Below are positions 1-7,207 of a stretch of 10,598 nucleotides of DNA, in pieces; the first letter of the stretch is position 1, and every line of letters starts with the position of its first letter. The position numbers and the translations under genes are program-made. This stretch comes from a virus (lineage: Duplodnaviria > Heunggongvirae > Uroviricota > Caudoviricetes), in IMG/VR virus record IMGVR_UViG_2695420487_000003, positions 1 to 10,598 of that record; one strand, given 5' to 3'. A model generated the notes under the pieces. The model saw only the letters and a list, made by a program, of their open reading frames with translations, did not search any database and was not told the origin of the DNA.

Positions 1-326
1 GGGGTGATACTTTTGCCGTCCGCCGGTACCGGAATATTCGCAACCGCATCATTCACCGCCTGCTGCAGTACATCCGGATCATAATCACGACCATCACGCG
101 GTACCGGAATGGTCCCCACAGCGTCATCCACCATCGCCTGCAGAACCGGATGTACCTCATCCACCGTCACATGCTTCTGTAATACCGCCGACAGGGAAGC
201 CAGTTTCTCTTCAAACGCTTGTGCCTGCGCGGCCATCTTCTCCTCAAATGTGCGCTGTAAATCCGCCAGCACCGTGGCGAATTCTTCGCCCAGTGCACGA
301 ATAATGGACAGTTCCCGTTCCGTCAT
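1..326 (-). CDS. hypothetical phage head-module protein, N-terminal fragment (gene continues past the left edge of the window)
   Basis: Minus-strand ATG at 326-324 overlaps the portal stop (ATGA coupling). The frame stays open to position 1; my hand translation reads MTERELSIIRALGEEFATVLADLQRTFEEKMAAQAQAFEEKLASLSAVLQKHVTVDEVHPVLQAMVDDAVGTIPVPRDGRDYDPDVLQQAVNDAVANIPVPADGKSITP. Absent from the ORF track because it is truncated. No family recognised. Confidence 0.5.
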   Translation of the reverse strand, partial: MTERELSIIRALGEEFATVLADLQRTFEEKMAAQAQAFEEKLASLSAVLQKHVTVDEVHPVLQAMVDDAVGTIPVPRDGRDYDPDVLQQAVNDAVANIPVPADGKSIT

Positions 327-1687
327 TTTCGCAGTATCCCCCTCAACATCGCTTTCAACGCACCATGCTCTGTTTCACTGATTGCCTTATTACAGTCAGA
401 TGCGCCGTCAGGCAGTTGGGCTGAAACTCTTTTCCCGGACGACGCAAACGGATCTTCACGGGCATCACGACGGGACAGCGCCTCCAGACTGTAGTTCTGC
501 TGCTGAAGATACAGTGCATCACCGCCGGCCAGGGGCGGCAGGTTCTCACGTTTACGGGCCTCATTGGGCGTGAGAAGCGTATTTTTCACCGACTCACCCA
601 GCGTTTTCATGCGCCGTTCGCTGTCCATTCTCAGCAGCGTGGTGACGTCAAACTCCGTACTCTCGTTTTCCCCCGTTTCCAGCGCCTCATCCAGTAACAG
701 TTCAATGGACTCAATCAGCGTCTGCAGGCACTGGGAATAATACTGCTGCTCCAGCGCCTCCACGTTGTCACTGGAAGGTGGCTGGCCAACGCCAATCTTG
801 TAGGCCGGGACACGGAACACCGAACAGACAATTTCAGCGGTCATCTTCAGTTGTTCCACCGTCTGCGCATCCACCGGTGAAAACGTCGTGGGGTTGTATT
901 TTGCCCCGTTGCTCAGAATGGCCGTTTTCCCCGCATTTTCGCCGGTATACCCGCTGTCCCAGTTGCTCTTCAGTTTTTTCGCATTTTCTTCCGTAATACT
1001 GCCGGGGATCTCAATCACCCCGGACGGCCTGCCGCCATTTCTGAAAAAAGACGTCGAATTTTCCTGAATATGATGCCCCTGCGTGGCCGCCAGCCCGGCG
1101 GCATACACCGGCGGCAGCCCCACAAGCGGATGAAAAAAACAGTTAAACCGGTCGTGGATCACTTCCCGGGCAGGCACCGTCACCGCCTCCGTGATCCCGC
1201 AGTTCCGGTCCGGCGTGATGCGATAGAACACCTCGCCGTCATCCGCCACCAGAGGTTCAACCCGGTTCCAGTCCAGAATACGCAGTTCTTTGATCTGCCC
1301 CCGGGAGTTACGGATTTTCAGCACCACCGTATTGCCGTGACGCAGTTTGGCGTTCAGCCACAGTTCAAAAAACTGGATACGATTCTGCTGTGAATTGGGA
1401 CGACGACAGAGGCGGGCAATATCCCCCTGCCGTTTTTCACGGCGGATCCCCTGTGTATCTGTCTGCATCAGGCGCAGCCGCATTTTGGCGATATCCTGGG
1501 ATATCAGCGAAATGCAAGAAAACACCGCATGAAAGGAGAGGACACTTTCCGGATCGGCTTTCACACCCTGCTGCCAGGCGCCGGCAAAGGGCTCAGCCAC
1601 CGCCTGAAACAGGCTGGTCCAGCCCACCTCTTTTACATCACGTCCTGATTTCTGGTTTTTTCGGGTTCGTCGCAAAAAGTTCCACAT
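323..1687 (-). CDS. phage portal protein, HK97 family-like
   Basis: 454-aa ORF. Segments typical of HK97-type portals: AVFSCISLISQDIAKMRLRL near the N-terminus, FFRNGGRPSGVIEIPGSITEENAKKLKSNW, and SPVDAQTVEQLKMTAEIVCSVFRVPAYKIGV resembling the conserved portal FGVPPxLxG region. ATG at 1687 has GGAG about 8 nt upstream and an in-frame stop one codon further up. Sits in a terminase/capsid module. Confidence 0.8.
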   Translation of the reverse strand: MWNFLRRTRKNQKSGRDVKEVGWTSLFQAVAEPFAGAWQQGVKADPESVLSFHAVFSCISLISQDIAKMRLRLMQTDTQGIRREKRQGDIARLCRRPNSQQNRIQFFELWLNAKLRHGNTVVLKIRNSRGQIKELRILDWNRVEPLVADDGEVFYRITPDRNCGITEAVTVPAREVIHDRFNCFFHPLVGLPPVYAAGLAATQGHHIQENSTSFFRNGGRPSGVIEIPGSITEENAKKLKSNWDSGYTGENAGKTAILSNGAKYNPTTFSPVDAQTVEQLKMTAEIVCSVFRVPAYKIGVGQPPSSDNVEALEQQYYSQCLQTLIESIELLLDEALETGENESTEFDVTTLLRMDSERRMKTLGESVKNTLLTPNEARKRENLPPLAGGDALYLQQQNYSLEALSRRDAREDPFASSGKRVSAQLPDGASDCNKAISETEHGALKAMLRGILRK

Positions 1688-1898
1688 TCGCTATGCTCCG
1701 CATCATGTTTCTTTTTCTGACCCGCCGGACGTCGCGCTGTGATGTACTCCGCCTTCCTCAGGCGAACCAGCACCTCCGCACACGGCTGTGCGACATCCCG
1801 GATATCCCCGGGCCGGGCATCATGTGTACCCTGCAGATATCGGATTTTTGCCATCAGTTACTGCGGGACGCTCTCACCTCCCGCCCTCCTCATCAGAC

Positions 1899-3836
1899 TC
1901 AGCCGCCGGACGCACTGCCGTAGTTCACACCGGTGATCACAGCCACCGCCGCAGTACGGCGACGACGCCAGTTGATCCAGCGCTCCGCACGGATGGCCAC
2001 GCTGCCGGTCTGGAACATGGAAACCAGCTCCACCGGCGACGGTGTGGTGCTGTCGCCGCCCGGCTCAGACTGCATTTCCAGTGACGCTTCACGGGACATA
2101 TCCACTGCCACACCGCCGTCATCCGCCAGATAAATATCCGGTGCATTCACCAGTACCAGCTGGTCACCCACATACTGGGAGACAATCACCGGAAGCCCCT
2201 GAAAGATCCCGCCCAGCAGGGTCATGTCCGGATATTCCTTCTGACCCAGCGCATTTTTACGCATGGACAGCGCCAGGGCATTGGTGCTGGACATCAGCCA
2301 GACCGCACCAGTGGGCTGCAGATTTGCCGTCACAAACTGGCCAAACGCGGCCTCGGCATCCGCATCCGGGTTACCGGTTGATGCCGTGCCCTTCACATCA
2401 TGGGTGATGGACGCCGGGGAGACATCTGCCACTGCAGCTTTTTTCGGGTCCACAAAGTCTGTGTCCAGACGCGCCACCACCGCTTCTGCCAGCGCATTAC
2501 GGACCAGCGCATCAGCTGCCGGACTGGAAAAACGGATCAATTCTTCCGTCAGTACCGCAATGGCCGACACTTTCGCATGACTGAAGGTGATGGATTCAAA
2601 ATCAAACTTCGTCAGGGGTTTTGCCTTACCCTCACCCACCCAGCCGGCAGCACCGCCGGACACCTGGGCGTGCACACGGATATTGAACGGCACCTGACGA
2701 AGTGCAGGGATCCCGCCCTGACCAAATCGCCCGATAATGGTCTGCGGACGCAGGTAATCAATAAAGTCCTGTGCGTATTCCTGATATTCAGACAGGCTGC
2801 CTGCCCACTGCGGATCCGTGGTGGTCCCCGCGCCCACTGCCGATTTCAGGACATGATGCAGACGACTGTCATCCGGATACTGACGACGGGCCACTTCCAG
2901 GGCTTCAGATCGGACGCCTTTAGCCGCAGCCAGCGATTTGGCAAAGCGGGCGAAGCCAATCCCCTTCTCCAGTTTCTGCTCCACACGGATCACCGGCGCT
3001 GAAGCCACCGCGGCCACATTCCCGTTACCGGCCTGTTTCACCGGCTGCGCCGTGGCGGCCTTACCGGCTTCCAGTTCACGCAGGCGCTTCAGGTGCGCAT
3101 CCACCTGACGGATTTCCGCTGCGGTGTTGTCGTAATGCTCTTCCTCCTCCACATCCAGCGTGCGCCCTTCCTCTGCGGCTTTGGTCATGACCTCCTCAAG
3201 GGAGGCTGCCAGCGCTGCACGCTTGTTTTCAAAACTTTTAATCTGTTCGCCAATATTCATTATGGTCTTTTCCTTATGAAAAACGGTTGTTGACTGTGCC
3301 GCAGCGCCGGCAGAAGATGCGATTTTCACCACCGGTTTCCGGTTGCCGGACGCGGCAGAAAACGGGCGGTCGTAAGATTTAATGGTCCGGATGGTGCATT
3401 CCGCATTCGCGGGCACGGTGACGGCAGACACCTCCATCAGTTCCCAGCGCAGAAAATGCAGTCCGCCTCCGTCCAGAAAGGTGTATTCATGGGGACGGAA
3501 GCCCACGGACAGCCCCCTGACCAGCCCGGTCTTAATGGCCGCCCAGACCTCATCCAGCCGGGCTGCCATCTGGGAGGGCATCCCCGGCTCCGGCTTCACC
3601 AGCATTGCCGTGATTTCCAGCCCTTCCCTGACCCGACGCACCGTACACTGGCCTACAGGGCGGGAATGGTCATGCTGCCAGAGAAACGGGATCGTACTGC
3701 CAAACTCCGCCCCCTCCGGCTCCAGGATGTCACCATCCCGATCCGGAGAAGGCGTTGACGCAATCCCGGTGATCACCCGTTCATCCTCACTGAAGGATTT
3801 CACCGTCAGCAGGGAACAGGCCCGTTTAAGAGTCAC
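1899..3836 (-). CDS. fused prohead protease (HK97 family, S78/U35-like) and HK97-fold major capsid protein
   Basis: 645-aa ORF. GTG start at 3836 sits 5 nt downstream of a perfect AGGAGG. N-terminal part has prohead-protease-like motifs (RVITGIASTPSPDRDGDILEPEGAEF, LMEVSAVTVPANAE). A charged, coiled-coil-like segment follows (KRAALAASLEEVMTKAAEEGRTLDVEEEEHY, LKRLRELEAGKA). The C-terminal roughly 350 aa look like an HK97-type major capsid protein (GWVGEGKAKPLTKFDFESITFSHAKVSAIAVLTEELI, DTDFVDPKK). Assignment from motif memory, not a search. Confidence 0.7.
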   Translation of the reverse strand: MTLKRACSLLTVKSFSEDERVITGIASTPSPDRDGDILEPEGAEFGSTIPFLWQHDHSRPVGQCTVRRVREGLEITAMLVKPEPGMPSQMAARLDEVWAAIKTGLVRGLSVGFRPHEYTFLDGGGLHFLRWELMEVSAVTVPANAECTIRTIKSYDRPFSAASGNRKPVVKIASSAGAAAQSTTVFHKEKTIMNIGEQIKSFENKRAALAASLEEVMTKAAEEGRTLDVEEEEHYDNTAAEIRQVDAHLKRLRELEAGKAATAQPVKQAGNGNVAAVASAPVIRVEQKLEKGIGFARFAKSLAAAKGVRSEALEVARRQYPDDSRLHHVLKSAVGAGTTTDPQWAGSLSEYQEYAQDFIDYLRPQTIIGRFGQGGIPALRQVPFNIRVHAQVSGGAAGWVGEGKAKPLTKFDFESITFSHAKVSAIAVLTEELIRFSSPAADALVRNALAEAVVARLDTDFVDPKKAAVADVSPASITHDVKGTASTGNPDADAEAAFGQFVTANLQPTGAVWLMSSTNALALSMRKNALGQKEYPDMTLLGGIFQGLPVIVSQYVGDQLVLVNAPDIYLADDGGVAVDMSREASLEMQSEPGGDSTTPSPVELVSMFQTGSVAIRAERWINWRRRRTAAVAVITGVNYGSASGG

Positions 3837-3851
3837 ATCAGCCTCCTGAAA

Positions 3852-3874
3852 ATAAAAAAACCGCCGGAGCGGTT
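3852..3874 (-). terminator. short hairpin plus long U-tract between terL and the protease/capsid gene (attenuator or partial terminator candidate)
   Basis: Minus strand reads AACCGC-uccg-GCGGUU followed by UUUUUAUUUU, then AGGAGG and the GTG start of the next gene. Stem is only 6 bp, so strength is uncertain. Confidence 0.35.
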
Positions 3875-3899
3875 CGTGATGGTTACAGGGTGAGCAGGG

Positions 3900-5561
3900 T
3901 TATATGAAAAAAACCTCATACGCTTTCTTTTTCGGTTCCGGATTCAGGGACATCAGGGACACCGCATTGAAGAGCGCCATCAGCGGGTCAATTTTTCCCC
4001 GTCCGCTGGCCTGTTTGGTGATAAGAATGGCGTTACCTTTAGGCTCCCCCCGGGCATTGCCAACGCACCAGGCCATCAGTGGCTGACCACCATGCACCAG
4101 CACTCCCTCAGCCAGTTTGCGCTCGGTGGTTTTGATGGCCCCGCCCAGCTTCCAGCCCTGGCTTATCCCCACCACACTCTCATCGGGGATCCCGGCTTCC
4201 GCCAGTGAATCCAGAATCTGCCCCACACCTGACGGGGCAATACCGATATGGTCCAGTAACTCAGCCTCATGAATACGACGCACATACTCCGCCACTTCCG
4301 CCGTGTCATCCCCGACCCGACGGACAATCGTCATGTCTCCACAGGCCACAAAATCCTGAAACCGGGATGCCTCACTCTTCCGTCTGACCACCGCGGTTTC
4401 ATGCACCCAGGCATGGCCCCAGCCCAGCCATTCGCGGGTTTCCCTGTCACGGCCAGTCACGTACATTCCCAGCAGATCATCCAGGCCCCCGCCGTCAATC
4501 CCCACCGTCACCACATCAGCGCGCTGCAGGATATCGTCCAGGCTGACGCGCCTGCCCTGCTGCTCCCAGAAATCCGCGCCCGCCCAGCGGTCAGAACGCA
4601 GGGCAAGACCGATTTCCACATTGGCGTGTTTTGACATGAAGCCACGAAATGCTTCCTCACCAGCCTCCCGGGCTTTACGGTACTCCCGGTACAGAAAAGC
4701 CTCATCCACCGAATAACCGAGATTCGGGTTAACCATGGCGAGGTTTTCCATCAGCAGGTGAGCCCCGCTTTCCACCATTTCAGGAGGGTGTTCAAATATC
4801 ACCGGCAGAAAGTGCGGATCATGAATTTTGCCGTCACGGACATCCCGGGCGTACTGCAGTTTCTGTCTGAACACCCCGGCTGGCGGCTCATTCGACTGGG
4901 TGGTTGTGTACACCACAAATCCTTCCGGACGGGAGGCAAGCCCGCCGATGGCTTCACGTAGCATGTCTTCCGCTTTGTACTGCTTGCCAAACAGCCACAG
5001 TTCATCAATCAGTGTCCCCACGGACTTGATACCGGACACCGTATTCGGATCGGCTGCCACCACCTTCAGGGTGGTGTCCGTCACCCGATGGGTGATGGTC
5101 CGGATATGTGTCTGCACCTGACAGAGGTCATCCAGATCATCGTCCCGTCGCACCATATCCCTGGCAGGGTTGAAGGCGTTGGCCGCCACCTCCACGGTCG
5201 GGGCCAGAATGGTGTAGCCCGCCGCCTGCCGCCAGTTCAGTAACAGCGCCGTCATCATGATCCCCGCGGCCAGCGTGGACTTACTGTTTTTCTTGGGGAT
5301 AAGGATAAACACTTCCTTGATATGGCGTACACCGGTCTGCGCATCATAGGAGCCAAACAGGGCCGCCACCAGGTCAAACACCCACGGTGCGCAGGACTCC
5401 CCGAACGTCGGGCTACCCGGTGCATCCACAATCCGCAGTTGTTTAAAAATCGCCAGGGCATGTGCAGCCTGGTCCGGATAAATCGGAGCCGGAATAATCG
5501 ACAGTCCCTTTTGCAGGCGCTCTGCCCAGTCCGGACATGCCGTGCTCCATACAGGTATCAT
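3900..5561 (-). CDS. terL: terminase large subunit (Terminase_1 / COG4626-like)
   Basis: 553-aa ORF. ATG at 5561 overlaps the terS stop (ATGA). Deviant Walker-A-like ILIPKKNSKST; C-terminal GKIDPLMALFNAVSLM typical of the nuclease end of this terminase family. Lies directly downstream of a small-terminase gene. Confidence 0.85.
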   Translation of the reverse strand: MIPVWSTACPDWAERLQKGLSIIPAPIYPDQAAHALAIFKQLRIVDAPGSPTFGESCAPWVFDLVAALFGSYDAQTGVRHIKEVFILIPKKNSKSTLAAGIMMTALLLNWRQAAGYTILAPTVEVAANAFNPARDMVRRDDDLDDLCQVQTHIRTITHRVTDTTLKVVAADPNTVSGIKSVGTLIDELWLFGKQYKAEDMLREAIGGLASRPEGFVVYTTTQSNEPPAGVFRQKLQYARDVRDGKIHDPHFLPVIFEHPPEMVESGAHLLMENLAMVNPNLGYSVDEAFLYREYRKAREAGEEAFRGFMSKHANVEIGLALRSDRWAGADFWEQQGRRVSLDDILQRADVVTVGIDGGGLDDLLGMYVTGRDRETREWLGWGHAWVHETAVVRRKSEASRFQDFVACGDMTIVRRVGDDTAEVAEYVRRIHEAELLDHIGIAPSGVGQILDSLAEAGIPDESVVGISQGWKLGGAIKTTERKLAEGVLVHGGQPLMAWCVGNARGEPKGNAILITKQASGRGKIDPLMALFNAVSLMSLNPEPKKKAYEVFFI

Positions 5562-6121
5562 CCGCTTTCCTCATTCTGGTTATTCACCACCAGCCGGGGA
5601 GGTGGTGGCACCGCAAAACGGTTAGCCGCTTTTTTCGCGGCATCACCTTTTGCCGATTTTTTACCGGCATCGCCTTTTTTATGGTGCGTGAACTGCGCCA
5701 GACGCCAGGCCGCATCCAGTGCCAGTTTCGGATCAATGCAGAGGTTTTCCACCAGGATCCGCCCCATGGCTTTCACCGGATCGGGAAGACCATCCTCCAT
5801 ATATTCAATACCAGGAGACATCACCGCGGACGGTGGCATCTCCGGATTGTTTTCGTCCGGCTGTGGTATTGCAGCCACCTCACGGCGACGGGGTTTATCC
5901 TCCTGCTCTGATTTTTTCTGCCGGTAAACAGGAACCTCATCCACCTCCACCGTCTCGCACTGTTTACGGGCTATAAACGCGAGCACCTCCGGATCTTTTG
6001 CCAGCTGCGAGCCTTTAACCCTGGCGGTCTTCGCCGAATAACCGGCGGCAATGGCTGACGCTGTTTTGTTTTTCCCGGACATGAGCGCCAGCGCAAATTT
6101 TCGTTTTTGCGTTGTCAGCAC
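5558..6121 (-). CDS. terS: terminase small subunit (P27 / Terminase_2-like)
   Basis: 187-aa ORF. GTG start at 6121 preceded by GGAGGAGG. N-terminus LTTQKRKFALALMSGKNKTASAIAAGYSAKTARVKGSQLAKDPEV matches the conserved helix-turn-helix start of Terminase_2-type small subunits. Lys/Ala-rich C-terminus. Stop overlaps the terL start. Confidence 0.75.
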   Translation of the reverse strand: MLTTQKRKFALALMSGKNKTASAIAAGYSAKTARVKGSQLAKDPEVLAFIARKQCETVEVDEVPVYRQKKSEQEDKPRRREVAAIPQPDENNPEMPPSAVMSPGIEYMEDGLPDPVKAMGRILVENLCIDPKLALDAAWRLAQFTHHKKGDAGKKSAKGDAAKKAANRFAVPPPPRLVVNNQNEESG

Positions 6122-6410
6122 AGCCTCCTCCCGGGTCCAGAACGCACTCAGCCGGGTATGGTTCAGCCCATTTTTCCCGGCGTCTCATGCCGCAAATGTT
6201 AACTGCTGCCTGGTTAACATTTGCTGAAAAAGCCAGTTAACATTTTTTTCGCACAACAAACTGAATAATAAAGATAAAAACCGAAAAAATGCCCGGGCAG
6301 CCAGTTAACATGTTAACTGGCCTGAAACAGGAATTTTTTCTCTGCATGAGACGGGGGGCGGTGTCCGGGGCGATCGTTTTTTTCGCCGGATGATCCCCCC
6401 CCGGGTCGGG
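6122..6410. other. non-coding packaging-recognition region, candidate cos site (cosN/cosB-like)
   Basis: 289-bp interval between the HNH stop and the terS start with no convincing ORF. Contains the GTTAACAT repeat array, an A/T-rich tract (6244-6290) and a GC-rich segment (6351-6410) with G6 and C8 runs; its core GGGCGGTGTCC resembles the lambda cohesive end GGGCGGCGACCT. The HNH-cos-terS layout is typical of HK97-like cos phages. Confidence 0.4.
6192..6320. repeat. array of CAGTTAACAT / ATGTTAACTG decamer repeats including a perfect 20-bp palindrome
   Basis: Copies at 6196-6205 (ATGTTAACTG), 6211-6220 (tGGTTAACAT), 6234-6243 (CAGTTAACAT), 6302-6311 (CAGTTAACAT) and 6311-6320 (ATGTTAACTG). 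Inverted pair gcaaatgttaac (6192-6203) / gttaacatttgc (6213-6224); perfect palindrome ccagttaacatgttaactgg at 6301-6320. Confidence 0.8.
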
Positions 6411-6776
6411 TTACAGTCCGATGATGTCGTCTGCTCTGCCATGACCTCCGGACACCTCCGGCAGCATCGGGTCCGGCATACCACTCACCGCTTCACGAGC
6501 AGACTTTTGTCGATGGCATTCGGTACAGAGCGTCCAGAGATTCGTCTCCTCATTACCACCACCGAACTGAAGTGCAATGCGGTGATCGAGTTCACTGTCA
6601 CAGAGGTCAACCACACGACCACAGAGACAGCACTGCCCGGCATCCCTGAGCCAGATATGACGCTTGAGGGAAACACGTGCACTGCCACTGACACGACGCT
6701 GTTCCCCCTTCAGAATATTCACCCGTCGGGTGTTCAGAGTTTTGATTCTGCTCTGGAGTGTACGAAGCTCAGCCAT
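6411..6776 (-). CDS. HNH endonuclease (terminase-associated type)
   Basis: 121-aa ORF. ATG at 6776 with GGGGA 6 nt upstream. HNH/zinc-finger motif CCLCGRVVDLCDSELDHRIALQFGGGNEETNLWTLCTECHRQKS. Lies immediately upstream of the candidate cos region and terS, as in HK97-like phages. Confidence 0.85.
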   Translation of the reverse strand: MAELRTLQSRIKTLNTRRVNILKGEQRRVSGSARVSLKRHIWLRDAGQCCLCGRVVDLCDSELDHRIALQFGGGNEETNLWTLCTECHRQKSAREAVSGMPDPMLPEVSGGHGRADDIIGL

Positions 6777-6817
6777 GTAAAATCCCCGTCATATGGCAAT
6801 CAGTAAAGGAAATAAAT

Positions 6818-7018
6818 ATGTCATCGAAAAACCGGACCCGCAGAACCACAACCCGCAATATCCGTTTCCCCAATCACATGATTGAACAGATCAACATCGC
6901 CCTTGAGCATAAAGGGTCCAGTAACTTTTCAGCGTGGGTTATTGAAGCCTGCAGGAGAAGGCTGGCAACAGATGCAACGCATCTGCGTACGGCCAGCATG
7001 ACAAATAACGAGAAATGA
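6818..7018 (+). CDS. small basic protein, DUF3950/YlcI-like (prophage-associated)
   Basis: Internal ATG at 6818 of track ORF 6758..7018, preceded by AAAGGA about 8 nt upstream. 66 aa: MSSKNRTRRTTTRNIRFPNHMIEQINIALEHKGSSNFSAWVIEACRRRLATDATHLRTASMTNNEK. From memory this resembles the YlcI/DUF3950 family of E. coli prophages; unverified. Only convincing plus-strand gene in the window. Confidence 0.55.
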   Translation: MSSKNRTRRTTTRNIRFPNHMIEQINIALEHKGSSNFSAWVIEACRRRLATDATHLRTASMTNNEK

Positions 7019-7207
7019 ACGTTCGGTTTCTTCCACCATCGTACCGGACAGGCGACTATGAGGGGACAACGCCGCGCTCCGTTAACGCGGTAAACCCCGG
7101 TGTGTATCGTTTTTGATTATCCCCGCACACTCGCGCAGAGGAGTCTCCCTGTCGGGCTACGGTCATGGTTAATGCGGAAATACGGCGACGATACAGCGCA
7201 TAATGTG

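Noticed and set aside
109-381. Plus-strand 90-aa ORF at the left edge
   Set aside because: Lies antisense to the coupled minus-strand gene (1..326) and the portal C-terminus; low-complexity Ser/Thr/Cys-rich translation with no RBS context. Shadow ORF.
1633-1854. 73-aa minus-strand ORF between capsid and portal
   Set aside because: Overlaps the portal start by 54 nt out of frame, the nearest SD-like purine run is about 20 nt from the ATG, and the sequence has no recognisable features. Kept only as a low-interest finding, not a feature.
1390-3002. Several plus-strand ORFs (1390..1923, 1788..2084, 2042..2407, 2263..2580, 2400..3002) overlapping the portal and capsid genes
   Set aside because: All are antisense to strongly supported minus-strand structural genes in GC-rich DNA; translations are Pro/Arg/His-rich with no recognisable domains. 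Typical shadow frames.
3382-5927. Plus-strand ORFs antisense to terL, terS and the capsid gene (3382..3849, 3456..3758, 4269..4634, 4828..5121, 5322..5927, 5537..5911, 5719..5976) and short minus-strand frames inside terL (4508..4705, 4799..5008, 5255..5461)
   Set aside because: They overlap well-supported terminase and capsid coding sequence in alternative frames, and no motifs were recognised.
6192-6320. Possibility that the GTTAACAT repeats are a CRISPR array or a mobile-element terminal inverted repeat
   Set aside because: Repeats are 10 bp, irregularly spaced and partly overlapping, with no spacer-repeat periodicity, and there are no cas or transposase genes. A protein-binding site array is a better fit.
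6390-6806. Plus-strand 138-aa ORF and minus-strand 69-aa ORF (6485..6694) overlapping the HNH gene
   Set aside because: The HNH frame has a clear catalytic motif and RBS; these are alternative-frame artefacts.
6758-6817. N-terminal 20-codon extension of the YlcI-like ORF (MYEAQPCKIPVIWQSVKEIN)
   Set aside because: This start lies inside the HNH coding region with no RBS, whereas the internal ATG at 6818 has AAAGGA at ideal spacing.
7019-7207. Possible tRNA or small RNA in the Rha/YlcI convergent intergenic region
   Set aside because: No cloverleaf-compatible arrangement found by eye; the GGGG...CCCC imperfect hairpin at 7062-7097 is 12 nt from the nearest T-run, so not a canonical terminator. 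Too weak to call.
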